Shown in pieces: positions 10,443 through 20,608 of a stretch of 31,801 nucleotides of DNA; the stretch's first letter is position 1, and each line of letters begins with the position of its first letter. Location: assembly GCF_006345805.1 (NCBI RefSeq), contig NW_021832217.1:1-31801 (forward strand). Direction: 5' to 3'. The position numbers and the translations under genes were made by a program. The stretch is from Octopus sinensis (taxonomy: Eukaryota). The notes under the pieces are model-generated. The model ran no database searches and had not been told where the DNA came from. It saw only the letters and a list, made by a program, of their open reading frames with translations.

Positions 10443-11051
10443 CAATGACGTTCATGAGGCAGTGAGCCGAGTGAATCCGAAGTCTTCTTAGACTTCCATC
10501 AGAGGAATTACTTCTACTGTCTACAAAGATAACAGTAGCGTGTAGCTATATATCATGAATAGAAAGTACGACCATCCACAGCTGGTCAGTCTAATTTGCA
10601 TTCAAGTGTAAAACAATCGAGGAAATCATAATTTTTTTCATAGTAGGGCTAAACTAGTATGTTTATTAAAAATGTCACACATCATATTTTAGTAATTCAG
10701 TTCATTCAAAAATGTATAATTCTGTAATGCGTTACTAATTAATTAGCTATTCTGCTCAATATGTTGCTAGCTAATGGATTCTTATCCAAGCAAGACTAAT
10801 CTGTTTATCTGAGTCCTAGTTGGTATACTCTGCAAATACACACTACACGCGCACACACACACATATGTGTGTGTGTGTGGTGTGTGTGTGTGTGTGTGTG
10901 TCTGTGCGTATGTGTATGTGAGACTAATTTTATTTTGTAGATAAGTCCTTTACTTTTAACTAAATAAGAAAACTTTCAAGGAAAATTCTTCATAAGTAAA
11001 TGAAAGAACTGATAAAAGAAGTAAATAATCAGAAGAGTAAAGATACTATAG

Positions 11052-11101
<50 letters not shown>
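11052..11101. repeat. (CTA)n microsatellite
   Basis: Directly visible. Confidence 0.95.
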
Positions 11102-11185
11102 GCTGATAGTGATGATAATAATAATAACAAATAAATAATCAAAAGGTTATGTAGAATGTGGAGATCTGAACATCTCTTGTGCTAG

Positions 11186-11360
11186 ATGCACAAACACCCC
11201 AATTAGATTTGCGGTTGAGGCAAGTCTTACACACTCTTACGCAGACGGACTCTGTAACTCGCCTTAATGTAGTATCACATTCATGGGTAGATAAGATATC
11301 TAGCCTAGTTTATCTATTGACCCGTTATGGCAATCTAGTACATGCTGGTAGAAAACAAAG
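11186..11360 (+). other. Candidate exon of unknown gene or lncRNA
   Basis: Acceptor CATCTCTTGTGCTAG, strong donor AAG|GTAAGT, one open frame (DAQTPQLDLRLRQVLH...HAGRKQ); no family recognised. Confidence 0.2.
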
Positions 11361-11575
11361 GTAAGTTTCTTTACAACAAAACCATTTTAATATTCCCTGA
11401 ATATTAATACTGGTATAATTTTAATCTAAGTAGGGTTCAGAGGGATCTGCTCATGCGCCTTCTAGGCATTAATCCCATACACTATGTATCTCACTTTGCA
11501 GTTGATGTGTAGGTAGGTTTGTAACAAATACCAAGCAGTTTATTCGGCAGACGTCATTGACAAAGGGCTAAGTCT

Positions 11576-11577
<2 letters not shown>

Positions 11578-11658
<81 letters not shown>
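11578..11658. repeat. (CTA)n microsatellite
   Basis: Directly visible. Confidence 0.95.
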
Positions 11659-11966
11659 TTCTTGCTGATGCTATCATCACTCTCACCAACTCCTTATACA
11701 GTTTGTATCAAGCAGTCTCCATTTCACCGTTCTGTGGTTAAGAATTGAGAGATTCTCTTCTTTGTAGTCATTAAAGCCTGATTCTGCTAGATTGACCAAT
11801 GGTATAATTGTCCCCACTTGGAGAAGAAAGGCAGAGCGCATCCCACAACCATGAATTTCAAACAAAAATCGAATGATCTGACTTGGAATGAGCCCCAAGG
11901 GATGACAACCAGAATGATTGACCTATTTAGATGAGAGAAAAATAATTATATCTGAAACCCTGAGGT

Positions 11967-11970
11967 CTAT

Positions 11971-12036
<66 letters not shown>

Positions 12037-12060
12037 TAGATAGATATAGATATATATATA
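11967..12060. repeat. (TA)n microsatellite
   Basis: Directly visible. Confidence 0.95.
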
Positions 12061-12164
12061 GACCTTGGCCAACAACCTAGACTCTCTAACCAGTTTCAGT
12101 AGAACTATGTCAGTGACCATGTTGCAGATAGCGCGGTGAAAATTTTGACAAGTAATACACGATT

Positions 12165-12350
12165 AAGTAGAGAGGATAGAACGCTGTGCAAAATACTTAG
12201 AGGCATTTCTTCCGTTTTTTCCACTCTGTGTTCAAATCTCGAGCTCAACCTTGGTTTTATCATTTTAGGGTTGATAAAATAAAGTACCAATCCGGTACTG
12301 GGTTAGGCGTACGCGTCTTGCGCCCTCCTCTCAAAAATTGCTGCCCTGTA
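12165..12350 (+). mobile_element. tRNA-derived SINE, family A (old copy)
   Basis: AAAATACTTAGAGGCATTTC...GTGTTCAAATC...GGGTTGATAAAATAAAGTACCA matches the family A body. Confidence 0.6.
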
Positions 12351-12585
12351 ACGCAACAATGGACCGTCGTCCCGTTCAGAGAGAATGTAGTAATCTTGGT
12401 CGTTTATACACCATGCAATCCGGGTCATCGGACTAAGGAGTCTTAATGAAGTTACAAGAAAAAGATTTTGTGTACTTATGAATGGTTAATATGTGTCTTG
12501 CCCGTTGTAATCGCCTTAGTTTCGACGCACTGCCACAAAATCTTATCACTTACCAGAAAAATACGTCTCCGAAATTATCTATCTA

Positions 12586-12754
12586 GGCGCATGAGTGGCT
12601 GTGTGGTAAGTAGCTTGCTTACCAACCACATGGTTCTGGTCTCAGTCCCACTGCGTGGCACCTTGGGCAAGTGTCTTCTACTATAGCTTCGGGACGACCA
12701 AAGCCTTGTGAGTGGATATGGTTGACCGAAACTGAAAGAAGCCCGTCGTATGAA

Positions 12755-12831
<77 letters not shown>

Positions 12832-13061
12832 GTGTGTATGTATTTGTGTGTGTGTGTTTGTCCCCCAACATCGTTTGACAACCGATGCTGGTGTGTTTAC
12901 GTCCTCGTAACTTAGCGGTTCGGCAAAAGTGGCCGGTAGAATAAGTACTAGGCTCACAAAGAATAAGTCCTGGGTTCGATTTGCTCGACTAAAGGCTATG
13001 CTCCAGCATGGCCGCAGTCAAATGGCTGAAACATGTAAAAGAGTAAAAAAGAGTAAAGAGA
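12586..13061 (+). mobile_element. tRNA-derived SINE, family B, with internal microsatellite and 9-bp TSD
   Basis: Full-length homolog of 2824-3248; CCTTGGGCAAGT CORE-like motif; ATCTATCTA at 12577-12585 and 13062-13070. Confidence 0.9.
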
Positions 13062-13109
<48 letters not shown>

Positions 13110-13220
13110 GTCTGTCTGTATGTCTGTCTGTCTGTCTGTCTGTATGTATGTATGTATGTATGTATGTATGTCTGTCAGTCTCTTTGTCTGTCTATCGGTC
13201 TATCTATTTATCTTTCTATA

Positions 13221-13252
<32 letters not shown>

Positions 13253-13700
13253 AATCTATCGATCTATCTATCCCTCTCTCTATATCTGTCTGTCTACCTA
13301 CCTGTCTGCTTGCTTGTCCATCTATCAGGCTTTAGTCGAAACACACGATCTCAGTACCTATCACAATATGGTATTAAATCTATAGGAATCTATTATTCGA
13401 ACAGCTACGTGACGGGCTGCATGGGGACACAATAAATATAGGAAACCGATGTCAACAAATAACAGCTCAGACACACACACATGCATAATATATATATATA
13501 AATATATATATAATATATATATATATATTATATATACATATATATGTATATATAATATATATATATATAATATATATATACATATATATGTATATATATA
13601 TATACACATAATATATATATATATGTACATATAGATGTGTGTATGTATGTATATGTGTATAAGTTTGTATACGTGTATATATTTATGATATAAATGCATA
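13062..13700. repeat. (TCTA)/(TCTG)/(TGTA) compound tract, then degenerate (TA)n
   Basis: Directly visible; a short unique spacer lies at ~13320-13470. Confidence 0.9.
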
Positions 13701-13893
13701 TATATAGGTATGTGTTTCATCATCATCATCATCATCATCATCATTTAGCGTCCTTTTTCCATGCTAGCATGGGTTGGACGGTTCAACTGGGGTCTGGGGA
13801 GCCCGAAGGCTGCACCAGCCAGTCAGATCTGGCAGTGTTTCTACAGCTGGATGCCCTTCCTAACGCCAACCACTCCGAGAGTGGAGTGGGTGA

Positions 13894-15583
13894 TTTATGT
13901 GCCACGACACAGGTGCCAGACGAGGCTGGCGAACGGCCACGCTCGGATGGTGTTTTTATGTGCCACCGACACAGGTGCCAGACGAGGCTGGCAGACGGCC
14001 ACGCTCGGATGGTGTTTTTATGTGCCACCGACACAGTGCCAGATGAGGTTGGCGGACGGCCACAATCGGATGGTGTTTGTTACGTCCCCAAAGCACGGAG
14101 GCCAGTCTATGCGGTACTGGCTACGGCCACGTTCGGATGATTTTCTTGTGTGCCACCGGCACTGGTACCACAAAGATACAAATTCCATTGATGTTCATCT
14201 ATTTTGATTTGTTTTGATTTGATTTGATTTTCACTTGCCTCAACAGGTCTTCACAAGTGTCACAAGAAGGAAGTATGCACAGGTGGACTGACTACGTCCC
14301 AGGTAGGGGCCACGGGTTATGGCCTGACTATCTTGCCGGGTCTTATGATTTTCTGTGTGCCACCGGCACTGGTACCACAAAGATACAAATTCCATTGATG
14401 TTCATCTATTTTGATTTGTTTTGATTTGATTTGATTTTCACTTGCCTCAACAGGTCTTCACAAGTGTCACAAGAAGGAAGGTATGCACAGGTGGACTGAC
14501 TACGTCCCAGGTAGGGGCCACGGTTATGGCCTGACTAGTCTTGCCGGGTCTTCGGATGGTGTTTTTATGTGCCACCGACACAGGTGCCAGATGAGGCTGG
14601 CGAACGCCACGATCGGATGGTGTTTGTTGCGTGCCCACAGCACGGAGGCCAGTCGATGCGGTACTGGCTACGGCCACGTTCGGATGGTTTTCTTGTGTGC
14701 CACCGGCATTGGTACCACAAAGATACAAATTCCATTGATGTTCATCTATTTTGATTTGATTTGATTTGATTTTCACTTGCCTCAACAGGTCTTCACAGGT
14801 CTTCACAAGTGTCACAAAAGAAGGAAGGTATGCACAGGTGGACTGACTACGTCCCAAGTAGGGGCCACGGGTTATGGCCTGACTAGTCTTGCCGGGTCTT
14901 CGGTTGGTGTTTTTATGTGCCACCGACACAGGAGCCAGATGAGGCTGGCGGACGGCCACGATCGGATGGTGTTTGTTATGTGCCCACATCACAGAGGCCA
15001 GTCGATGCGGTACTGGCTACGGCCACGTTCGGATGGTTTTCTTGTGTGCCACCGGTACTGGTACCACAAAGATACAAATTCCATTGATGTTCATCTATTT
15101 TGATTTGGTTTGATTTGATTGATTTGATTTGATTTTCACTTGCCTCAACAGGTCTACACAAGTGTCACACACTTGCCTCAACAGGTCTTCACAAGTGTCA
15201 TAAGTAGGAAGGTATGCACAGGTGGACTGACTACGTCGCCGGGTCTTCGGATGGTGTTTTTATGTGCCACCGACACAGGTGCCAGATGTGGCTGGCGAAC
15301 GGCCACGATCGGATGGTGTTTGTTGTGCCCACAGCACGGAGGCCAGTCGATGCGGTACTGGCTACGGCCACGTTTGGGTGGTTTTCTTGTGTGCCACCGG
15401 CACTGGTACCACAAAGAATACAATTCCACTGATGTTCATCTATTTTGATTTGTTTTGATTTGATTTTCACTTGCCTCAACAGGTCTTCATAAGTGTCACA
15501 AGAAGGAAGGTATGCACAGGTGGACTGACTACGTCCCAGGTAGGGGCCATGGGTTATGGCCTGACTAGTCTTGCCAGGTCTTC
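13894..15583 (-). repeat. Modular tandem array of the RTE stop-codon/3'UTR block
   Basis: CACTTGCCTCAACAGG recurs at 14232, 14439, 14774, 15137 (+15170) and 15468; ~60-bp GTGCCACCGACAC modules are interleaved. Confidence 0.92.
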
Positions 15584-18555
15584 TCACGCACAGCATACTT
15601 CCATAGGTCTCGGTCTCTAGACATTTCCTTAGTGAGACCTAAAGTTCGAAGGTCGTGCTTCACCACCTCGTCCCAGGTTTTCCTGGGTCTACCTCTTCCA
15701 CAGGTTCCCTCAACTGCTAGGGTGTAGCAATTTGCACACAAAAATCTTCAGCCTTTCTCGTCACATGACCATACCAGCGCAGCCGTCTCTCTTGCACACC
15801 ACAACTGACGCTTCTTAGGTTCAACTTTTCTCTCAAGGAACTTACACTCTGACGATTATGAACACTGACATTACACATCCATCGGAGCATACTGGCTTCA
15901 TTTCTTGCGAGCTTACGCATATCCTCAGCAGTCACGGCCCATGTTTCACTACCATGTAGCATGGCTGTACGTACACATGCATCATACAGTCTGCCTTTTA
16001 CTCTGAGCGAGAGGCCTTTTGTCACCAGCAGGGGTAAGAGCTCTCTAAACTTTGCCCAGGCTATTCTTACTCTAGCAGTTACACTTTCAGCACACCCACC
16101 CCCGCTACTGACTTGGTCTCCTAGGTAGCGGAAGCTATCAACTACTTCTAGTTTGTCTCCCTGGAACGTGGAACGTGGCAGAAGTTGGCTCTGCACATTT
16201 CCAGTGTTTATTGCTCCTGAGCATTTGCCACAGACAAAAACTATTTTCCTAGTTAGCCTTTTTTGACATTGCTGCACTCTCTTATGTGTCCATAGCTTAC
16301 ACTTGGTGCATCTTATAGAGTTTCTACCTACACCTTTTTTACAGATCGAGCAGGGCCATCTACCTGAAGGCGTTTGTGATTGATCTACCTTCCTACTTAT
16401 TAGGACTTTGGTTTTGGCTAGGTTGATTCTAAGCCCTTCGATTCTAATCCTTGTTTCCACACCTGAAACTTTTCCTCCAGTTCTGATAGTGACTCAGCAA
16501 TTAGAGCAAGGTCATCAGCATAGAGGAGCTCCCAGGGGCAACCTGTCTTGAATTCCTCCGTTATTGCCTGGAGGACTATGATAAATAGGAGGGGACTGAG
16601 GACTGAACCTGGTGGACCCCAACCTCTACCCGGAATTCTTCACTGTACTCGTTGCCAACCCTCACCTTACTAGCAGCGTCTCTGTACATGGCTTGCACAG
16701 CTCTCACCAACCATTCTTCTATCCCTAGTTTCCTCATTGACCACCAGATAAGGGATCGGGGGACCCTGTCAAAGGCTTTCTCCAAGTCAACACAAGCCAG
16801 GTACAAGGGCTTATCTTTGGCTAGGTATTTCTCCTGCAGCTGTCTTACCAGGAAAATAGCATCAGTAGTACTTTTCCCTGGCACGAACCCAAACTGCATA
16901 TCATCTAAGCTAACTCTCTCTCTAATTAGTTGGGCTATAACCCTCTCCGTAACCTTCATTACCTGATCCAGCAGCTTGATGCCCCTGTAGTTATTTGTCT
17001 CTAGGGCGTCGCCTTACCTTTGTAGCAGTTGACTATTGCTGCTACAACCAGTCATTGGGTATGACCCCCTCGTGTATCACCTGGTTAACTATACGGTGAC
17101 TAAGCTATAGCCGACACCACCAGATATTTTGAGCATCTCTGCAGTAATTCCTGATGGGCCTGGGGCTTTCCTGTTTTCATGCTTCTAATTGCCTTATCTA
17201 CTAAAACTGTTAACTCGGATTGCTGGTCCCTCTGTTGGGTCGACATTCGGCAGACTCTCTTATCCCATTCATTTTCTTCATTCAGCAACCTATCATAGTG
17301 GCGTCTCAAGCCTCTCTCTTTGCATCCTCATTAAGCGCAAGTGAACCGTCCTCCTTGCGAACACTTTCTCTCTACCACTACCACGTCACGATTCTCTCTC
17401 ACACACTGTCTTGCAACACGAAATACTCAAGTCTTTCATCCTCACGACGCAGGACTTGGCAAATTTTTCCTTATCTGCCTCCCCTCTGGCTAGATAGACC
17501 TGTCTCCTGGCTTCCCTTCTGGCAGACTGATACACTTCCCTGCTACCACCGTTCTTCCAGGCCTTCCAAGCTGTTTCTCTTTTGTCTAATAGCCCTGTCA
17601 ACAATATTGTTCCACCACCACGTTATTTTGGGTCTTAAGGGGACTTTGCACCAGCCACAGATCTGGTCAGCGGCTTTCAGCAGGTTGTCCCTCAGAAGCG
17701 TCCAGTTGTCTTCTACCCCATGCGTAGCTATACTCCTTCCATTTCGTCTAAGGCTTCAAATAACATATTTCTAAATCTCTGTCCATTCGCAGGGTCTTTA
17801 AGCTTCCAGACCCTTCTTCTCCATGTTGGTCGTCTTCTAGTCGCCCTCTTAGTCCTGATCCTAAAGTCACTAACTACCAGTCTATGTTGTGGGGTGCATC
17901 TTTCACCTGGGAAGGTTTTGGCATTTATAAGCAGCCATCTTTCCCTTTTTCTGGCAAGGATGTAGTCGATTTGGCTAGTATGCCGGCCCATCGGTAGGTG
18001 ACCAGGTGGCTTGTCGGTTTCCTGAAGTTAGTGTTGCAAATCATAAGACTATTCGCATCGCAGAACTCCAGCAGCCTGGTTCCCTCCTCGTTGCGGGAAC
18101 CATAACCGTAGCCTCCATGCACGCCATGGAAGCCCCCAGCACATCGTCCAACATGCCCATTGAAGTCACCAGCCACAAAGGAAGGTCCCTGTCGTTCGTC
18201 AATGATTGGTCTGCAGTAGGGTGTCATAGAAACAGTCTTTCTGTCCATCAGGTAGCCCTGGCTGAGGGGCATAGGCCGATATAATAGTTGCTAAACTATG
18301 GTGGAGCACTAATCTAATCTTAATTCTGTCACTTACTCTGACTACCTCGATTACCTTATCTACCAACCATTTTTCGGCGATACATGCCCACACCCCCCGA
18401 CTCCGTCAGTTTCCCAGCCCAGAAATCTTGTACCTCTGTCCTTTGCCTGTGAGGAACCTAGCAGAACCTCCCTCCTCCCCTCACTTCTTGAATGCAGCAT
18501 ATATCAACCACCCACCTCCGTTCAAGCAATTCAACTATCTCGCCAGATCTGCCTT
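15565..18555 (-). pseudogene. RTE ORF: APE endonuclease, reverse transcriptase, PHD-like insert; multiple frameshifts
   Basis: CCIQEV, SAYAPQ, VAGDFNGHVG, SQIDYIL, QHRLVV (APE); QFGFVPGKSTTDAIF, DLEKAFDRVP, GVHQ.SVLSPLLF, YADD at 16511-16522, FRYLG (RT); ends RGRPRKTW...REKTWQD* with the stop at 15565-15567. Confidence 0.93.
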
Positions 18556-18688
18556 GTTTGAAAATATATATTATGCAGTTGTTATTTTCTTCTTTGTGAA
18601 TTTTATTGTGTACATTCTTATAACATGCGCATGTATATTCAAAGTGACTAAAAATGCATACGTATATACCAACATACCCAATAAGAAC

Positions 18689-18736
<48 letters not shown>

Positions 18737-19254
18737 ATATATGCATGCATATATAGATAAAGATATACCTTGCACAGTTATACACATTTTCAGATAGATA
18801 CACACATACGCACACACTTTAAACACTTGAAATGAGAATGGTAAACTTCAAAGGAAAATGTAAATTATAAAAGAAAAAGATGAACATTTTCTAAAAAATA
18901 AGAGTATTTTCTTAATTAAAATTTTTCTGTTTTTTTGTTTTGATTTTCCAATTATTTAAATGTGTTGAGATGAATTTTTTGAATCTATTTTTATGAATTT
19001 GAATCTTTGATTTTTTTAAAACCATTTTTGGCGTCAAATTTCCATTTCGAAATAAATTAAATATTTATTTTACATACTGTTGACGTCATCAAAGATAAAA
19101 ATACGTTTTTGGATTTATTTTGCGTAGATTATTCAGTCATTGTTTCAGACAGTTGACTTCTTTTTAATACATTTGTATACATATTATTCATGAGACGAAC
19201 ATTTTTAAGGCTCTGGGAAACCTTCTCATAAAAGCGTTTGCTTGCTAAAGTAGT

Positions 19255-19772
19255 ATTTTCGAGAAGCGAAGTTTCCTTTGAACATAATTTTTGGAAAGTT
19301 TAGTAGCAGAATATTAATGTTTAATGAACATGTTTGACAATGTCTCTTGCCTCAAGCCATTACACGAAAAATCTGTCACATCAGGAATTTTGACGGGTTC
19401 GATATAATTAGTGTATTCAAACATTGTCTGTCTGAATCTTCTTCAGCCTAATCTCGTTTACAAACGTTTCTTGCGAATCATATAAGCAATTAGTAAAATA
19501 TTTGAAACGGTACATATCTAACTCCGGTAGCTGCGTATATAAATATGGTGATTGTCTCTTCTGTACAGAAGACCATCTCTTCAATTAGTAAATTTGGCCA
19601 TGAGATCCAAACATTATATGAGATGTTACAAATATTTTTAGACAGAAAGGTGTCTAGGAATGAAATCAAGCCTTGTTTACGAATTGCTCGTTTCAAGATG
19701 AAGAGTTCAACATCCACATTGAGAGTATCAAGGGTTTTTTTCATTTTTTGGGGCGGGGTGGGGGTGATATCT
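19255..19772 (-). pseudogene. Possible ionotropic-receptor-like N-terminal-domain exon relic (paralog of 30022-30469)
   Basis: Acceptor GTTTTAG at 19773; open stretch DTLNVDVELFIL...LISFLDTFLSKNICNISYNVWISWPNLLIEE...FQIFY*LLI, then IQTDNV and FPK/QRKLRFS in shifted frames. Aligns by eye with the plus-strand ORF 30049-30282. Confidence 0.35.
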
Positions 19773-19959
19773 CTAAAACGTGTCTTAAATTTATGACCAG
19801 GTCGTTTATCATGTTGCAGCTTTCGGTAAAACTCCCTGTATGTATACTAGGGGGGTACTGAAAATTTCCTGGCTTTAAGGGTGTCCGAATTCTTTTACAG
19901 AGCTTAGAAAAAAAACTGAAGAACCGCTGCAATAAGTTTTTGAATCTGAGAAGTGGATA

Positions 19960-20608
19960 TCTATTATATAAAATCCATTCTGTCTGTCTGTGTGTGTCTA
20001 CTAGGATCTCGGGCATCCTCCATCCGATTGCGCTCAAATTTGATATGTAGATACCTATTTCTTTATTACCCACAAGGGGCTAAACACAGAGGGGACAAAC
20101 AAGGACAGACATAGGTATTAAGTCGATTACATCGACCCCAGTGCGTAACTGGCACTTAATTTATCGACCCTGAAAGGATGAAAGGCAAAGTCGACCTCGG
20201 CGGAATTTGAACTCACAGTGTAATGGCAGACGAAATACCGCTAAGCATTTCGCCCGGCGTGCTAACGTTTCTGCCAGCTCACCGCCTTTGATATGTAGAT
20301 ACCGACGGTATCAGGGCGTGTATAAGTCTTGCAAGAATTACAAAAATCGATTGTGTTCTCCCAGTCAACAGCCTTATCATTACTGGTACTTTAAACTCTT
20401 CGGTTGCATTTTGTGTGAATAAAATCGTTTTTCTTTGGAATAGAAAAAAGTCTATCTTTATTACTTCTGTTGGTGTCTCAAATTTAGGTTAAATCGGTGT
20501 TTCTGAAAGGGGAGGCCTATGGGACGGTCGGACAAGTTGTTTTGAGAAAATTTGGTTTAAATGTTTGACAACTCAGCACCGTCCATTGAACGGGGGGGGG
20601 GTTGCTCA
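19960..20608 (+). mobile_element. Non-autonomous Helitron/HINE-like element
   Basis: Inserted between A and T without TSD; begins TCTATTATATAAAA, has an internal (GTCT) tract and CCGATTGCGCTCAAATTTG; ends with CCGT-CCATTGA-ACGG hairpin then GTTGCTCA (degenerate CTRR). Confidence 0.6.
20056..20286 (-). mobile_element. Young family A SINE with perfect 17-bp TSD
   Basis: TTTGATATGTAGATACC at 20039-20055 and 20287-20303; near-consensus head and boxes. Confidence 0.93.

Larger units (their letters stand above)
13718..18555 (-). mobile_element. RTE-clade LINE, near full-length, slightly 5'-truncated, (GAT)n tail
   Basis: APE endonuclease + RT ORF remnants; 3' end ...GGAAGGGCATCCAGCTGTAG...CATGCTAGCATGGAAAAAGGACGCTAAAT(GAT)n; homology starts at GRSGEIVE; possible weak TGTTT TSD. 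Confidence 0.93.

Noticed and set aside
11687-11922. Minus-strand candidate exon with good splice signals
   Set aside because: No recognisable product; IILVVI/LGLIP also resembles a decayed RLE-LINE C-terminus, so it is ambiguous.
14585-14625. CAGATGAG...GCGAAC in the ~60-bp modules resembles a hammerhead core
   Set aside because: CAGA instead of CUGA, GAAC instead of GAAA, and no coherent stems I and III.
13894-15583. Repeat array with a superficial CRISPR-like regularity
   Set aside because: Eukaryotic context, units of 200-360 bp, no unique spacers and no cas genes; units are copies of the RTE 3' end.
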